IMG/VR virus record: IMGVR_UViG_3300008113_000307
Coordinates: 85,919-130,710 of that record
Length of the DNA stretch: 44,792 nucleotides
Source: a virus
Lineage: Duplodnaviria > Heunggongvirae > Uroviricota > Caudoviricetes
Direction: 5' to 3' (one strand)
A program made the translations under genes and the position numbers. The notes under the pieces were generated by a model that ran no database searches, was not told the DNA's origin, and saw nothing but the letters and a program-made list of their open reading frames with translations. Positions 36,501 through 44,792 of this stretch are shown here, one piece after another; positions within the stretch are counted from its first letter, which is position 1; every line of letters starts with the position of its first letter.

Positions 36501-39344
36501 ATGGCTAACGAAAATTTAGACTTACGAGAGTTACAAGAATCTATTAGAGAACTATCTGAATCTTTGGGTTCGTTGTCGGGTGTTACCGCACAGGCATCTG
36601 GCGCTGGAACTGCCATAGCAGGTCTAACTACCACAGCCAACAGTTCTGCAGGAGCAGAACGGGCCAAAGCAAAAGTACTAGAAGCAGCATCCAAGAGCAC
36701 CAGAGACGGACTGACTTCTTTGGCCAAAGCAGCAGGAGCAGCTGGTGCTGCCATGTACAACGGCCAAAAAGGTGCGTCGGCTTTTAATGACACTATAGAT
36801 CAAGGTGCCAATGCACTAAAAGCGTTTGGTGCTGCGTTGATGCTGCTGGGCGGCCCAATTGGACTGGTGGCAGGCGGCCTGATGATGTTGGTTGGCTCAG
36901 GAGCCAAACTGGTCAAAACCATCAATCAGCAGAGCGATGCTGTGTACAAAGGATTCCAGGATCTTTCTAGATCAGGAGGTGCTGCCAGCGACGGCATGAC
37001 TGGCTTGTTTGCGGATGTACAAAAACTGGGTCTGGGATTTCAGGACCTGGGAACACTCACAGCTCTTGTAGGCGAAAGCAGCAAAGAACTTGCACTGTTT
37101 GGTGGCAGTGTGTCACAGGGTCGCAAACAGTTTGCCAACATGGGCCAGGCCATGGCACCGTTCCGCGAAAGCTTGATGAATGCTGGCATGACCCAGGAAG
37201 AAATCAATGCTGCCAGCATGGGATACCTGCGTTTGCAAACCAGAATTGGACAAACACAAAACAAAACAGCTGATGAATTGGCCAACGGTGCAAGAAAGTA
37301 CTTGATTGAACAAGATGCTTTGACCAAGCTCACAGGCATGACTCGCAAGGAGCAGGAAGACGCACGTGAAGAAATTCGCAGCCAAGAAAGATTTGCTGCT
37401 GTGTTGATGGAAATGCGAGCCAAAGGTCAGCACAAAGAAGCACAAGAACTTGAAGATTCATATTTGATTCTCAAGAGCCAGAGCAAAGAAGCAGCACAGG
37501 GTTTTGCTGACGTATCAACAGGCATGCTCACAACCGAAGCAGCACAAAAAAGTTATCTTGCAACTCAGGGTGAGAGCATGCGAACCGCTGAGCGTATCAA
37601 AGCCGGCGAACTGACTGCAGCTCAAGGCGCACAGCGAGTTGCGGCTGCACACGGTGCAAATGCTGATGCCATGGGCGCATCACTAGGCAAGATGGGAGTT
37701 TATAATCAGACATTTGGTGACCTAGCAGCAGACCTGCGCCTCAAAGGCATGAGCGAAGGCGACATTGAAGAAAAACTGAAAAAAATCAAACAAGATCAGA
37801 TTGATCAAGGTGTTACTGGTAAGAAAGCAGCAGATGGTGCACAACAGGCACAGACCGACATGCGCATAAGCCAGCAAAAATCCATGTTGGCACTTCAGGC
37901 CATGATTGATCAGGGAGTTGCGCCGGTGACATCAGTAATGGCAACCCTGGCAAAAGTTGTAGAACATGTTACCCTGGGCCTTACCAAGCTGTTGAATATG
38001 CTGGGCATGGGTCCAGAGAAAGAAAAAACCAAAGAAGAAAAAGAAACAAACGAAGCTTTAGAAAAACGCAAACGCGAGGTCATGGATGCAGAATGGAAAG
38101 TGGTCAATGCCAAAGGCGAGTACGATAAAAAAATAGCAGCAGCAGAACTCAAGGCAGCCAAATCCAAACTTCAGGATGCTGAAGTAGCACAAAAATACAC
38201 CAAAGATCGTGCTTCGGGCAAAACAATGCCAAGCAATGCTGGTGCTGATGAGTTTGGTGGCGCTGGTGCCAGCATTGTTGGAGCAGACGAAGATGTAGCC
38301 CCCGGGGTAAAGCGAGGACTTGCAGCCGCAAGTAGTGGGGCAGCAGCAGCTTCTAAAGTAACCGGCGGCGCATCGTCGGGCAAGACGGGAGCTAATAATC
38401 AGCCATCAGGCGGACCCAGTGCACCTTCAGAAGTTGAGGGTTCCCAAGGGCCTGTCTCAACTGCTAAAGCAGCAGATGTTTTGGAATTTACTGCAAGATC
38501 AGGCAGTTCCAGTGCTTTTGAAGCATTGGACAACAAAATCAAAGCTGCTACAATAGCAGCAGCAGAAGAATACTACAAGACCACAGGAAAAAAATTCATA
38601 ATCAACAGTGCCAAGCGAGATCCTGCTGATCAAGAACGACTGTGGAATGAAAGTGTAGCAGCTGGACGTCCAGGCAAAGGTCCCACAGGCATGGCAGTGG
38701 CCCAGCCCGGTCGGAGTCCGCACGAAAAAGGTCTTGCAGTCGACATACAAAACTACAACGATCCTGCTGCAGTAGCAGCCATGAATCGTCGAGGTCTCAC
38801 GCAAAAAGTTCCTGGGGATCCTGTGCACTTTTCGTTCGGCGACGGGGGCATTGCAACAGGTCCCAAGTCTGGATATCCAGCAACCCTGCACGGAACTGAA
38901 GCAGTAATTCCATTGAAAAATGGATCAGTGCCAGTGAGTTTGAGCATGGCTGACAGTGCAAACATGTTTGGTAAAAATTCTGGGGATGCAGCTGGACAAA
39001 TGAGTGGTGGACTGGCAGCATTGAAAAACATGGCGTTGAATCTAGGTGGAAACAACCAGAATCTGGGCCTGGCCGAAATTACCAACAAAATGTTGCCAGA
39101 CATTGGCAATGATATTGGTGAAAAAATTAAAGAAATCAGCAAGAATTCTGAATCAACTACTACATCGATCATCGGGCAAATGACCAAAGATCTAAAGCAA
39201 TCGTTCACTGATGCAATCAAAAATATTGTTCCTCAAGATTCAGGATTCAGTTCCAAGCAACTGGAGTTGATGTCTGCCATGATACAAGAACAAAAAGCCA
39301 GCAACAGCATCCAGGAAAAGTTACTGCGTGCTGCAGCCAGCTAA
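36501..39344 (+). CDS. Tape measure protein with a C-terminal M15-family (D,D-peptidase-like) domain
   Basis: Long Ala/Gly/Gln helical region; INSAKRD..DQ..L...PGRSPHEKGLAVD...DPVHF zinc-peptidase motifs; GGIATGP..GY...LHGTEAVIPL. Confidence 0.8.
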   Translation: MANENLDLRELQESIRELSESLGSLSGVTAQASGAGTAIAGLTTTANSSAGAERAKAKVLEAASKSTRDGLTSLAKAAGAAGAAMYNGQKGASAFNDTIDQGANALKAFGAALMLLGGPIGLVAGGLMMLVGSGAKLVKTINQQSDAVYKGFQDLSRSGGAASDGMTGLFADVQKLGLGFQDLGTLTALVGESSKELALFGGSVSQGRKQFANMGQAMAPFRESLMNAGMTQEEINAASMGYLRLQTRIGQTQNKTADELANGARKYLIEQDALTKLTGMTRKEQEDAREEIRSQERFAAVLMEMRAKGQHKEAQELEDSYLILKSQSKEAAQGFADVSTGMLTTEAAQKSYLATQGESMRTAERIKAGELTAAQGAQRVAAAHGANADAMGASLGKMGVYNQTFGDLAADLRLKGMSEGDIEEKLKKIKQDQIDQGVTGKKAADGAQQAQTDMRISQQKSMLALQAMIDQGVAPVTSVMATLAKVVEHVTLGLTKLLNMLGMGPEKEKTKEEKETNEALEKRKREVMDAEWKVVNAKGEYDKKIAAAELKAAKSKLQDAEVAQKYTKDRASGKTMPSNAGADEFGGAGASIVGADEDVAPGVKRGLAAASSGAAAASKVTGGASSGKTGANNQPSGGPSAPSEVEGSQGPVSTAKAADVLEFTARSGSSSAFEALDNKIKAATIAAAEEYYKTTGKKFIINSAKRDPADQERLWNESVAAGRPGKGPTGMAVAQPGRSPHEKGLAVDIQNYNDPAAVAAMNRRGLTQKVPGDPVHFSFGDGGIATGPKSGYPATLHGTEAVIPLKNGSVPVSLSMADSANMFGKNSGDAAGQMSGGLAALKNMALNLGGNNQNLGLAEITNKMLPDIGNDIGEKIKEISKNSESTTTSIIGQMTKDLKQSFTDAIKNIVPQDSGFSSKQLELMSAMIQEQKASNSIQEKLLRAAAS

Positions 39345-39347
39345 CGG

Positions 39348-39354
39348 TAAATAA
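39348..39354 (+). promoter_or_regulatory. Late promoter core TAAATAA before the portal gene
   Basis: CGGTAAATAA (same 10-mer as at 22551-60 on the minus strand), 7 nt from the core to ATG, no SD. Confidence 0.6.
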
Positions 39355-39360
39355 ACAACT

Positions 39361-41157
39361 ATGGCAGATAAAAATTCTCAAGGCTGGAAGAAGTACTTCA
39401 AGGTAGCAGATACTTCGGGACAACTGAGCCCTATATCGGGCAAAAATCAATACGGCCTAGACGGCTACCCCAAAAATGACGGAACCAACAGTGTAGCACA
39501 GGCAGACTTTGTGTTTCGCAACTATGCCAGCCGACTGCCCGAAGTGTATTCAGGACACCCCAACCGTATTGAACGCTACAATCAGTACGAGAACATGGAC
39601 ATGGATTCAGAAATCAATGCTTGCCTGGACATCATTGCTGAGTTCTCAACACAGTTGAGTGAGACCAACGGCACCCCGTTTGAAGTCAAGTACAACGACA
39701 CTCCTACAGATCACGAAATTGGCATCATCAAAAAGCAGTTGCAGCAGTGGGTCAAGCTGAACAAGCTGGACCAACGTGCGTTCAAACTGTTCCGCAACAC
39801 CATCAAGTATGGCGATCAGATATTTGTGCGTGATCCCGAAACATTTGAAATGATGTGGGTAGACATGAGCAAAGTGGCCCGAGTGATTGTGAACGAATCA
39901 GAAGGCAAGAGACCTGAACAGTATGTGATTCGTGACATCAACCCCAACTTTCAAAACATGACTGTGGCGGCCAAGACCACCACAGACTACATGACCAACC
40001 CCATTACAGGCTCGATCTCGGGTGCATCCAACTACACTATGCCCAACGGCGGCAGCGGTGGTGGCGTGGGCAACAGTCGCTTTACACAGGCACAAAACGA
40101 AGTGTGCTTGGATGCCAAGCATGTGGTTCACCTGAGCCTGAACGAAGGCCTGGATGTGTTTTGGCCGTTTGGTCGTAGTGTGCTGGAACAGATTTTCATG
40201 GTGTACAAGCAGAAACAACTGCTGGAAGATGCTGTGTTGATCTATCGTGTGCAACGTGCTCCAGAGCGGCGAATCTTCAAAATTGATGTGGGCAACATGC
40301 CTTCGCATTTGGCCATGGCGTTTGTGGAACGTGTCAAAAACGAAATGCATCAGCGGCGGATTCCTACCACCACAGGTGGCGGCAACAACATGATGGACAG
40401 CAGTTACAATCCACTTTCAATCAACGAAGATTACTTTTTCCCACAGGGACAAGACGGTCGTGGAAGCAGTGTAGAAACATTGCCGGGCGGTCAGAATCTT
40501 GGCGAAATTGATGACTTGAAGTATTTCAACAACAAAATGGCTCGTGGTTTGCGTGTGCCGTCGAGCTACTTGCCCACAGGCCCAGACGACTCAGACCGTG
40601 TGACCAGCGACGGTAAAGTGGGTACAGCCTTGATCCAAGAGTATCGTTTTAACCAGTACTGTGAACGCCTGCAGGCCTTGATTGCGCAGAAAATGGACGA
40701 CGAGTTCAAGATGTTCTTGAAGTGGCGTGGATTTAGCATTGACTCTGGCCTGTTTGCACTGCGGTTTAATCCACCACAGAACTTTGCTAGTTACCGTCAA
40801 AGCGAACTAGACAACACCAGAATTCAAGCATTTCAGGGTCTGGAGCCCTTGCCCTACATGTCAAAACGTTTTATGCTGGAACGCTTCTTGGGCTTGACTG
40901 AAGAAGAAATCAAGAAAAACGAAGAGTTGTGGCGCGAAGAGCGTGACGATCCACAGATGCAGCCCACCACTGGACAAGACCTACGTAGTGTAGGTATCAC
41001 TCCTGGTGCACTGGAAACTGACATTGCCACAGGCGAAGAAATTGGTGCCATGGAACCTGCTGGGGCACTAGGCGGGGACATAGGCGGCGCAGCAGCACCT
41101 GGTGTGGCCCCTGGTGGTGCTGGAGCTCCGCCTACTGCAGCACCACCAGCAGCATAA
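39361..41157 (+). CDS. gp20: Portal protein, T4 gp20-like
   Basis: LEDAVLIYRVQRAPERRIFKIDVGNMP, EDYFFP, GRGSSVETLPGGQNLGEIDDLKYF...LRVPSS. Confidence 0.97.
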   Translation: MADKNSQGWKKYFKVADTSGQLSPISGKNQYGLDGYPKNDGTNSVAQADFVFRNYASRLPEVYSGHPNRIERYNQYENMDMDSEINACLDIIAEFSTQLSETNGTPFEVKYNDTPTDHEIGIIKKQLQQWVKLNKLDQRAFKLFRNTIKYGDQIFVRDPETFEMMWVDMSKVARVIVNESEGKRPEQYVIRDINPNFQNMTVAAKTTTDYMTNPITGSISGASNYTMPNGGSGGGVGNSRFTQAQNEVCLDAKHVVHLSLNEGLDVFWPFGRSVLEQIFMVYKQKQLLEDAVLIYRVQRAPERRIFKIDVGNMPSHLAMAFVERVKNEMHQRRIPTTTGGGNNMMDSSYNPLSINEDYFFPQGQDGRGSSVETLPGGQNLGEIDDLKYFNNKMARGLRVPSSYLPTGPDDSDRVTSDGKVGTALIQEYRFNQYCERLQALIAQKMDDEFKMFLKWRGFSIDSGLFALRFNPPQNFASYRQSELDNTRIQAFQGLEPLPYMSKRFMLERFLGLTEEEIKKNEELWREERDDPQMQPTTGQDLRSVGITPGALETDIATGEEIGAMEPAGALGGDIGGAAAPGVAPGGAGAPPTAAPPAA

Positions 41158-41161
41158 ATAA
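41155..41161 (+). promoter_or_regulatory. Late promoter core TAAATAA overlapping the portal stop
   Basis: TAAATA-ACTGT-ATG, no SD. Confidence 0.55.
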
Positions 41162-41165
41162 CTGT

Positions 41166-41384
41166 ATGATTCTGCAAGAATTTTTCAACAAAGAGCCTGA
41201 AGCCTACCAGGACGTAGCGCAAGACAACAGCCAGCCACAGCTGGGTGACTTGCGTAAGACCCACTTGACCTTGCGGCAACTGAACAAACTGCGAAAAATG
41301 AATGATGTTCGCACAGTTGAATACAAAGAAAAACTCAAACTGGTGCGTCAGCAATACGCACCGCCAGCACAGCCTGCCATGTGA
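41166..41384 (+). CDS. Small head-module protein (hypothetical)
   Basis: 72 aa, RKTHLTLRQLNKLRKM; sits between portal and core genes. Confidence 0.7.
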   Translation: MILQEFFNKEPEAYQDVAQDNSQPQLGDLRKTHLTLRQLNKLRKMNDVRTVEYKEKLKLVRQQYAPPAQPAM

Positions 41385-41451
41385 TTTTTGTCTGACCTGA
41401 CAATTTATCACCATTTTTGCATCTAAAAGCACCAAGTTTTTGCCTCCTGTG

Positions 41452-41458
41452 TAAATAA
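41452..41458 (+). promoter_or_regulatory. Late promoter core TAAATAA for the core/capsid genes
   Basis: Intergenic, followed by AGGAG RBS and ATG 41489. Confidence 0.6.
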
Positions 41459-41488
41459 CATTACACTTTACCTAACAGGAGTTTCTTT

Positions 41489-42298
41489 ATGAACAAATTT
41501 GAACAGTTGATCGAATACGTGATCAATGATGAAGAGCAAAAAGCTCGTGCCTTGTTTCACGACATCGTTGTGGGCAAAAGCCGCGAGATTTACGAGAACT
41601 TGATGGCTGAAGAAGCCGAAGAGGATCTTGACGAAAGCATGGAAGAAGTCGATGAAGACGCCATGGGCGGCGACGCTGCTGATGACTTGATCGACGACGT
41701 AGAAGCCGAAGAGCAAGACGACATGAGCATGGAAGCCGAAGGCGACGACATGGGCGACGAAGACATGGGCGACGAAGACATGGGCGACGACATGGGCAGC
41801 GAAGAAGGTCTTGAAGACCGCGTGATGGATCTGGAAGACAAACTGGACGAACTCATGGCTGAGTTTGAAGGCCTCATGAGCGGCGACGACATGGGCGGCG
41901 ACGGCGACGGTTTTGGTCCAGACGAAGGCGGAGACGCTATCGAAATGGACGACACAGAAGAAATGATGCCTGAAATGGGCAACTATGGCATGATGGAGAA
42001 CGTGAGTCTCAAAGCAGCCCCCAAGCCAGTGACTGCTGAAGAAGGCGGTGTCAACAAGAAGTCCACAGTGGCTGCAAATGCAGGCGCAAAAGGTCCTGTT
42101 GGCAGCACAGTCCGGCCTGTGAGCACAACCGGTGCTGAAGCACAAGGTCGTTCTGCTCCCCCAACCAAGGACTTGATTGGCCGAGTTGGTAACACACCAG
42201 CTCAAGGCACACAAAAGCCCAGCGCAGCCACCAAGCCCAAACTAGGCCAAGAAGGCGGCATCAACAACAAGTCTATTGTACCCGGCAAGCACAACTAA
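41489..42298 (+). CDS. Highly acidic prohead core/scaffold-like protein (gp67/gp68 position)
   Basis: D/E/M/G-rich central half, basic P/G/K-rich tail; synteny between portal and protease. Confidence 0.7.
   Translation: MNKFEQLIEYVINDEEQKARALFHDIVVGKSREIYENLMAEEAEEDLDESMEEVDEDAMGGDAADDLIDDVEAEEQDDMSMEAEGDDMGDEDMGDEDMGDDMGSEEGLEDRVMDLEDKLDELMAEFEGLMSGDDMGGDGDGFGPDEGGDAIEMDDTEEMMPEMGNYGMMENVSLKAAPKPVTAEEGGVNKKSTVAANAGAKGPVGSTVRPVSTTGAEAQGRSAPPTKDLIGRVGNTPAQGTQKPSAATKPKLGQEGGINNKSIVPGKHN
41747..41797 (+). repeat. Coding 15-bp tandem repeat GACATGGGCGACGA(A/C), 3 copies plus a partial
   Basis: Encodes DMGDE-DMGDE-DMGDD-MG. Confidence 0.85.
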
Positions 42299-42299
42299 A

Positions 42300-42932
42300 A
42301 TGACTTACCTAAAAGAACAACTTACCTTCCACCAAGCCAACATTCAGGTTCTTGAAGAAGCTGATGTCAGCGGGGGTAAGAACCTGTATCTCAAAGGTAT
42401 TTGTATTGAAGGTAACAAACGCAACGCCAATGACCGAATATATCCCCTGCACGAAATAACTCGTGCAGTCACTACCATCAACCAACAGATCAAGGAAGGT
42501 AATTCCGTGTTGGGTGAAGTGGACCACCCGGATGATTTAAAAATCAACCTTGATCGGGTTTGCCACAGTGTTGACGGTATGTGGATGGAAGGTGATGCCG
42601 GACACGGCAAACTCAGAATCTTGCCCACCCCCATGGGTGACTTGATCAAGACTTTGCTGCAATCTGGAGTCAAACTCGGAGTGTCAAGCCGCGGCAGCGG
42701 CAACGTTGACGATAGAACAGGACATGTAAGTGACTTTGAAATAGTCACTATAGATGTGGTTGCCCAACCCAGCGCACCAAATGCTTATCCCAAAGCAATC
42801 TACGAAGGTATGATGAACATGAAATATGGTCACAGATTACTGGAGATTGCTAAAGATGCTGGTCAGGACAACAAAGTGCAGAAATACTTGAAAAGCGAAG
42901 TGATTCGACTGATCAAGGATCTGAAAATCTAA
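42300..42932 (+). CDS. gp21: Prohead protease, T4 gp21-like
   Basis: N.N.RIYP, LGEVDHP, VCH, ILPTPMG, LGVSSRGSG, DVVAQPSAPNA. Confidence 0.95.
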   Translation: MTYLKEQLTFHQANIQVLEEADVSGGKNLYLKGICIEGNKRNANDRIYPLHEITRAVTTINQQIKEGNSVLGEVDHPDDLKINLDRVCHSVDGMWMEGDAGHGKLRILPTPMGDLIKTLLQSGVKLGVSSRGSGNVDDRTGHVSDFEIVTIDVVAQPSAPNAYPKAIYEGMMNMKYGHRLLEIAKDAGQDNKVQKYLKSEVIRLIKDLKI

Positions 42933-42945
42933 GGAGAATCTACTA

Positions 42946-44043
42946 ATGTTAGATGCAATCAAACCATTGCTAGATAGCGACTTGATCAACGAGGAAACTC
43001 GTACCGAGATTACCGAAGCCTGGGAAGCCAAGCTGACAGAAGCTCGCGAACAAGCCCGTGCAGAACTACGTGAAGAGTTTGCACAACGCTATGAGCACGA
43101 CAAAACAGTCATGGTTGAAGCCCTGGATAGAATGGTAACAGAAGGACTCCAAGCAGAACTTCAACAAGTAGCAGCTGAAAAGCAGGCCTTGGCTGAAGAC
43201 CGCGTAAAGTTTCAAGGCCGCATGAAAGAAAGCGCCACAAAGTTCAACAACTTTATGGTGACCAAGCTGGCTGAAGAAATTGGCGAACTGCGTCGAGACC
43301 GTAAGATGCACAGTGAAGGACTAGAAAAACTAGAAAACTTCATGGTGCATGCTCTGGCTCGTGAAATTCAAGAATTTGCTCAAGACAAGCGTGACGTGGT
43401 GGAAACCAAAGTGCGCTTGGTCCGTGAAGCACGTAGCAAACTTGAAACTCTCAAAGCACGTTTCGTAAAAGAAAGTGCTGAGAAAATGAGCCGCGCTGTT
43501 AGCAGTCATCTCAAGGCCGAACTGACACAACTGCAAGAAGACATCAAAGTTGCTCGTGAGAACAATTTTGGTCGTCGTATCTTTGAAGCGTATGCAGCAG
43601 AATTTGGTGCCACTCACTTGAATGAGAACGCCGAAGTTCGCAAGCTCAGCAGCCTGCTACAACACAAAGACAAACAGTTGGCAGAAGCCATCAAACTCAC
43701 CGAACGAGCCAAAGTCGTTGTTGAGTCTAAAGAACGTGAAATACGTATGATCCGCGAATCCAATGAGCGTGAAAGCACAATGGAAATGTTGCTGGCTCCC
43801 CTAAACCGGGACAAAGCAGAAGTCATGCGTAATTTACTGGAGAGCGTACAAACATCCCGTTTGAAGAACGCCTTCGAAAAGTATCTACCAGCTGTGTTGG
43901 AAGATCGATCTGTGAAAGCTGCCAAAGTGATCACTGAATCGGTTACCGAAGTAACTGGGGATAAATCTGTTCCAAGTAGTCAGCAGGAAGACCGCGAAGC
44001 CAAAAGCAACGTGATCGACCTCAAGCGCCTGGCAGGGTTATAA
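42946..44043 (+). CDS. gp22: Prohead scaffolding protein, T4 gp22-like
   Basis: Coiled-coil, E/K-rich; between protease and MCP; AAGGAG RBS. Confidence 0.85.
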   Translation: MLDAIKPLLDSDLINEETRTEITEAWEAKLTEAREQARAELREEFAQRYEHDKTVMVEALDRMVTEGLQAELQQVAAEKQALAEDRVKFQGRMKESATKFNNFMVTKLAEEIGELRRDRKMHSEGLEKLENFMVHALAREIQEFAQDKRDVVETKVRLVREARSKLETLKARFVKESAEKMSRAVSSHLKAELTQLQEDIKVARENNFGRRIFEAYAAEFGATHLNENAEVRKLSSLLQHKDKQLAEAIKLTERAKVVVESKEREIRMIRESNERESTMEMLLAPLNRDKAEVMRNLLESVQTSRLKNAFEKYLPAVLEDRSVKAAKVITESVTEVTGDKSVPSSQQEDREAKSNVIDLKRLAGL

Positions 44044-44064
44044 TTAATTTTATAGGAGACTTAA

Positions 44065-44792
44065 ATGTCACAAGAACTATTAGAAAGCCGCTGGGGCGAG
44101 ACCAAAGAAGCATTGCTCGAAGGTCTGAACGGTACCAAGCGCAACAGCATGGGTGTTATCCTTGAAAACACTCGCAAGTACCTGAAGGAAAACGCTTCCG
44201 CAGGTAGCACAGCAGCAGGTAACATTGCTACTTTGAACCGCGTGATTCTTCCAGTTATCCGTCGTGTTATGCCTACCGTTATTGCTAACGAGTTGGTTGG
44301 CGTTCAGCCCATGACCGGACCAGTTGGTCAGATCCACACTCTGCGTGTTCGCTACGCACAAAGCTTGACTGACAACTCAGCAGCTCAAACCAGCGTCAGC
44401 GCTGGTGAAGAAGCCTTGAGCCCATTCAAGATTGCACAAGCCTACTCCACAGTTCCTGGCACAGCCACCACAGCCACTAGCTACAACGGTGCTGCCACAG
44501 CTACCATGGAAGGCACAGGCGGTAAGCAAATTTCCGTACAGATCTTGAAGCAAGCTGTTGAAGCCAAGACCCGTAAGTTGCAAGCTCGTTGGACCTTTGA
44601 ATCGGCCCAAGACGCACAAGCCATGCACGGTATCGACGTTGAAGCTGAAATCATGGCTGCTCTGGCACAAGAAATCACAGCTGAAATTGACCAAGAGATC
44701 CTGTTGAGCCTGCGTAGTCTGGCTGCTACAGAGTTCACTTACAACCAAGCTACTGTTTCTGGTACTGCTACATTCGTTGGTGACGAACACGC
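44065..44792 (+). CDS. gp23: Major capsid protein, T4 gp23-like (partial, runs off the right edge)
   Basis: ATG after an AGGAG RBS. ILPVIRRVMPTVIANELVGVQPMTGPVGQIHTLRVRY and KQAVEAKTRKLQARWTFE.AQDAQAMHGID.EAE...EIDQE. Confidence 0.97.
   Translation, partial: MSQELLESRWGETKEALLEGLNGTKRNSMGVILENTRKYLKENASAGSTAAGNIATLNRVILPVIRRVMPTVIANELVGVQPMTGPVGQIHTLRVRYAQSLTDNSAAQTSVSAGEEALSPFKIAQAYSTVPGTATTATSYNGAATATMEGTGGKQISVQILKQAVEAKTRKLQARWTFESAQDAQAMHGIDVEAEIMAALAQEITAEIDQEILLSLRSLAATEFTYNQATVSGTATFVGDEH

Noticed and set aside
41388-41403. TTGTC-TGACCT-GACAA hairpin as a terminator
   Set aside because: Weak 5-bp AT-rich stem without a convincing U-tract.
41747-41797. CRISPR- or TIGR-like array
   Set aside because: The repeats are contiguous, in frame and have no spacers. 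I saw no spaced arrays, tRNAs, reverse transcriptase or transposase anywhere in the window.
36482-44790. Minus-strand ORFs over the TMP and head genes (e.g. 41468-42214, 44377-44790)
   Set aside because: Shadows of clearly identified plus-strand genes.

Overview
A 44.8 kb segment of a large, distantly T4-like (probably contractile-tailed) dsDNA phage, standard genetic code. Bases 1-22531 (minus strand) are a baseplate/tail operon: tube-initiator-like, LysM/gp53-like, hub-like, gp5-like, unknown, gp25-like, gp6-like, and a giant virion protein of at least 3500 aa that runs off the left edge and is missing from the ORF track. Bases 22646-33681 (plus) encode a gp55-like late sigma factor, gp47/gp46 (Mre11/Rad50-like) split and followed by AT-rich enzyme cassettes (amidinotransferase-fold, sulfotransferase-like, three radical SAM enzymes including a B12-binding one), and a GIY-YIG DenA-like nuclease. 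A ~430 nt gap follows that folds on inspection into a multi-stem, pseudoknotted RNA I do not recognise. Bases 34122-36461 (minus) hold a gp26-like chaperone with a -1 slippery site, followed by a DUF1415-like / ATE-like aminoacyl-transferase / DUF6614-like trio. Bases 36501-44792 (plus) are the tape measure protein (with an M15 peptidase), portal, core/scaffold proteins, prohead protease and the start of the major capsid gene. Best leads: the structured ncRNA, the ATE-like module, the frameshift site, the modification-enzyme cassettes and the late-promoter architecture. Two structural genes carry frame breaks that may be errors. All family assignments come from motif recognition by eye, with no database searches.
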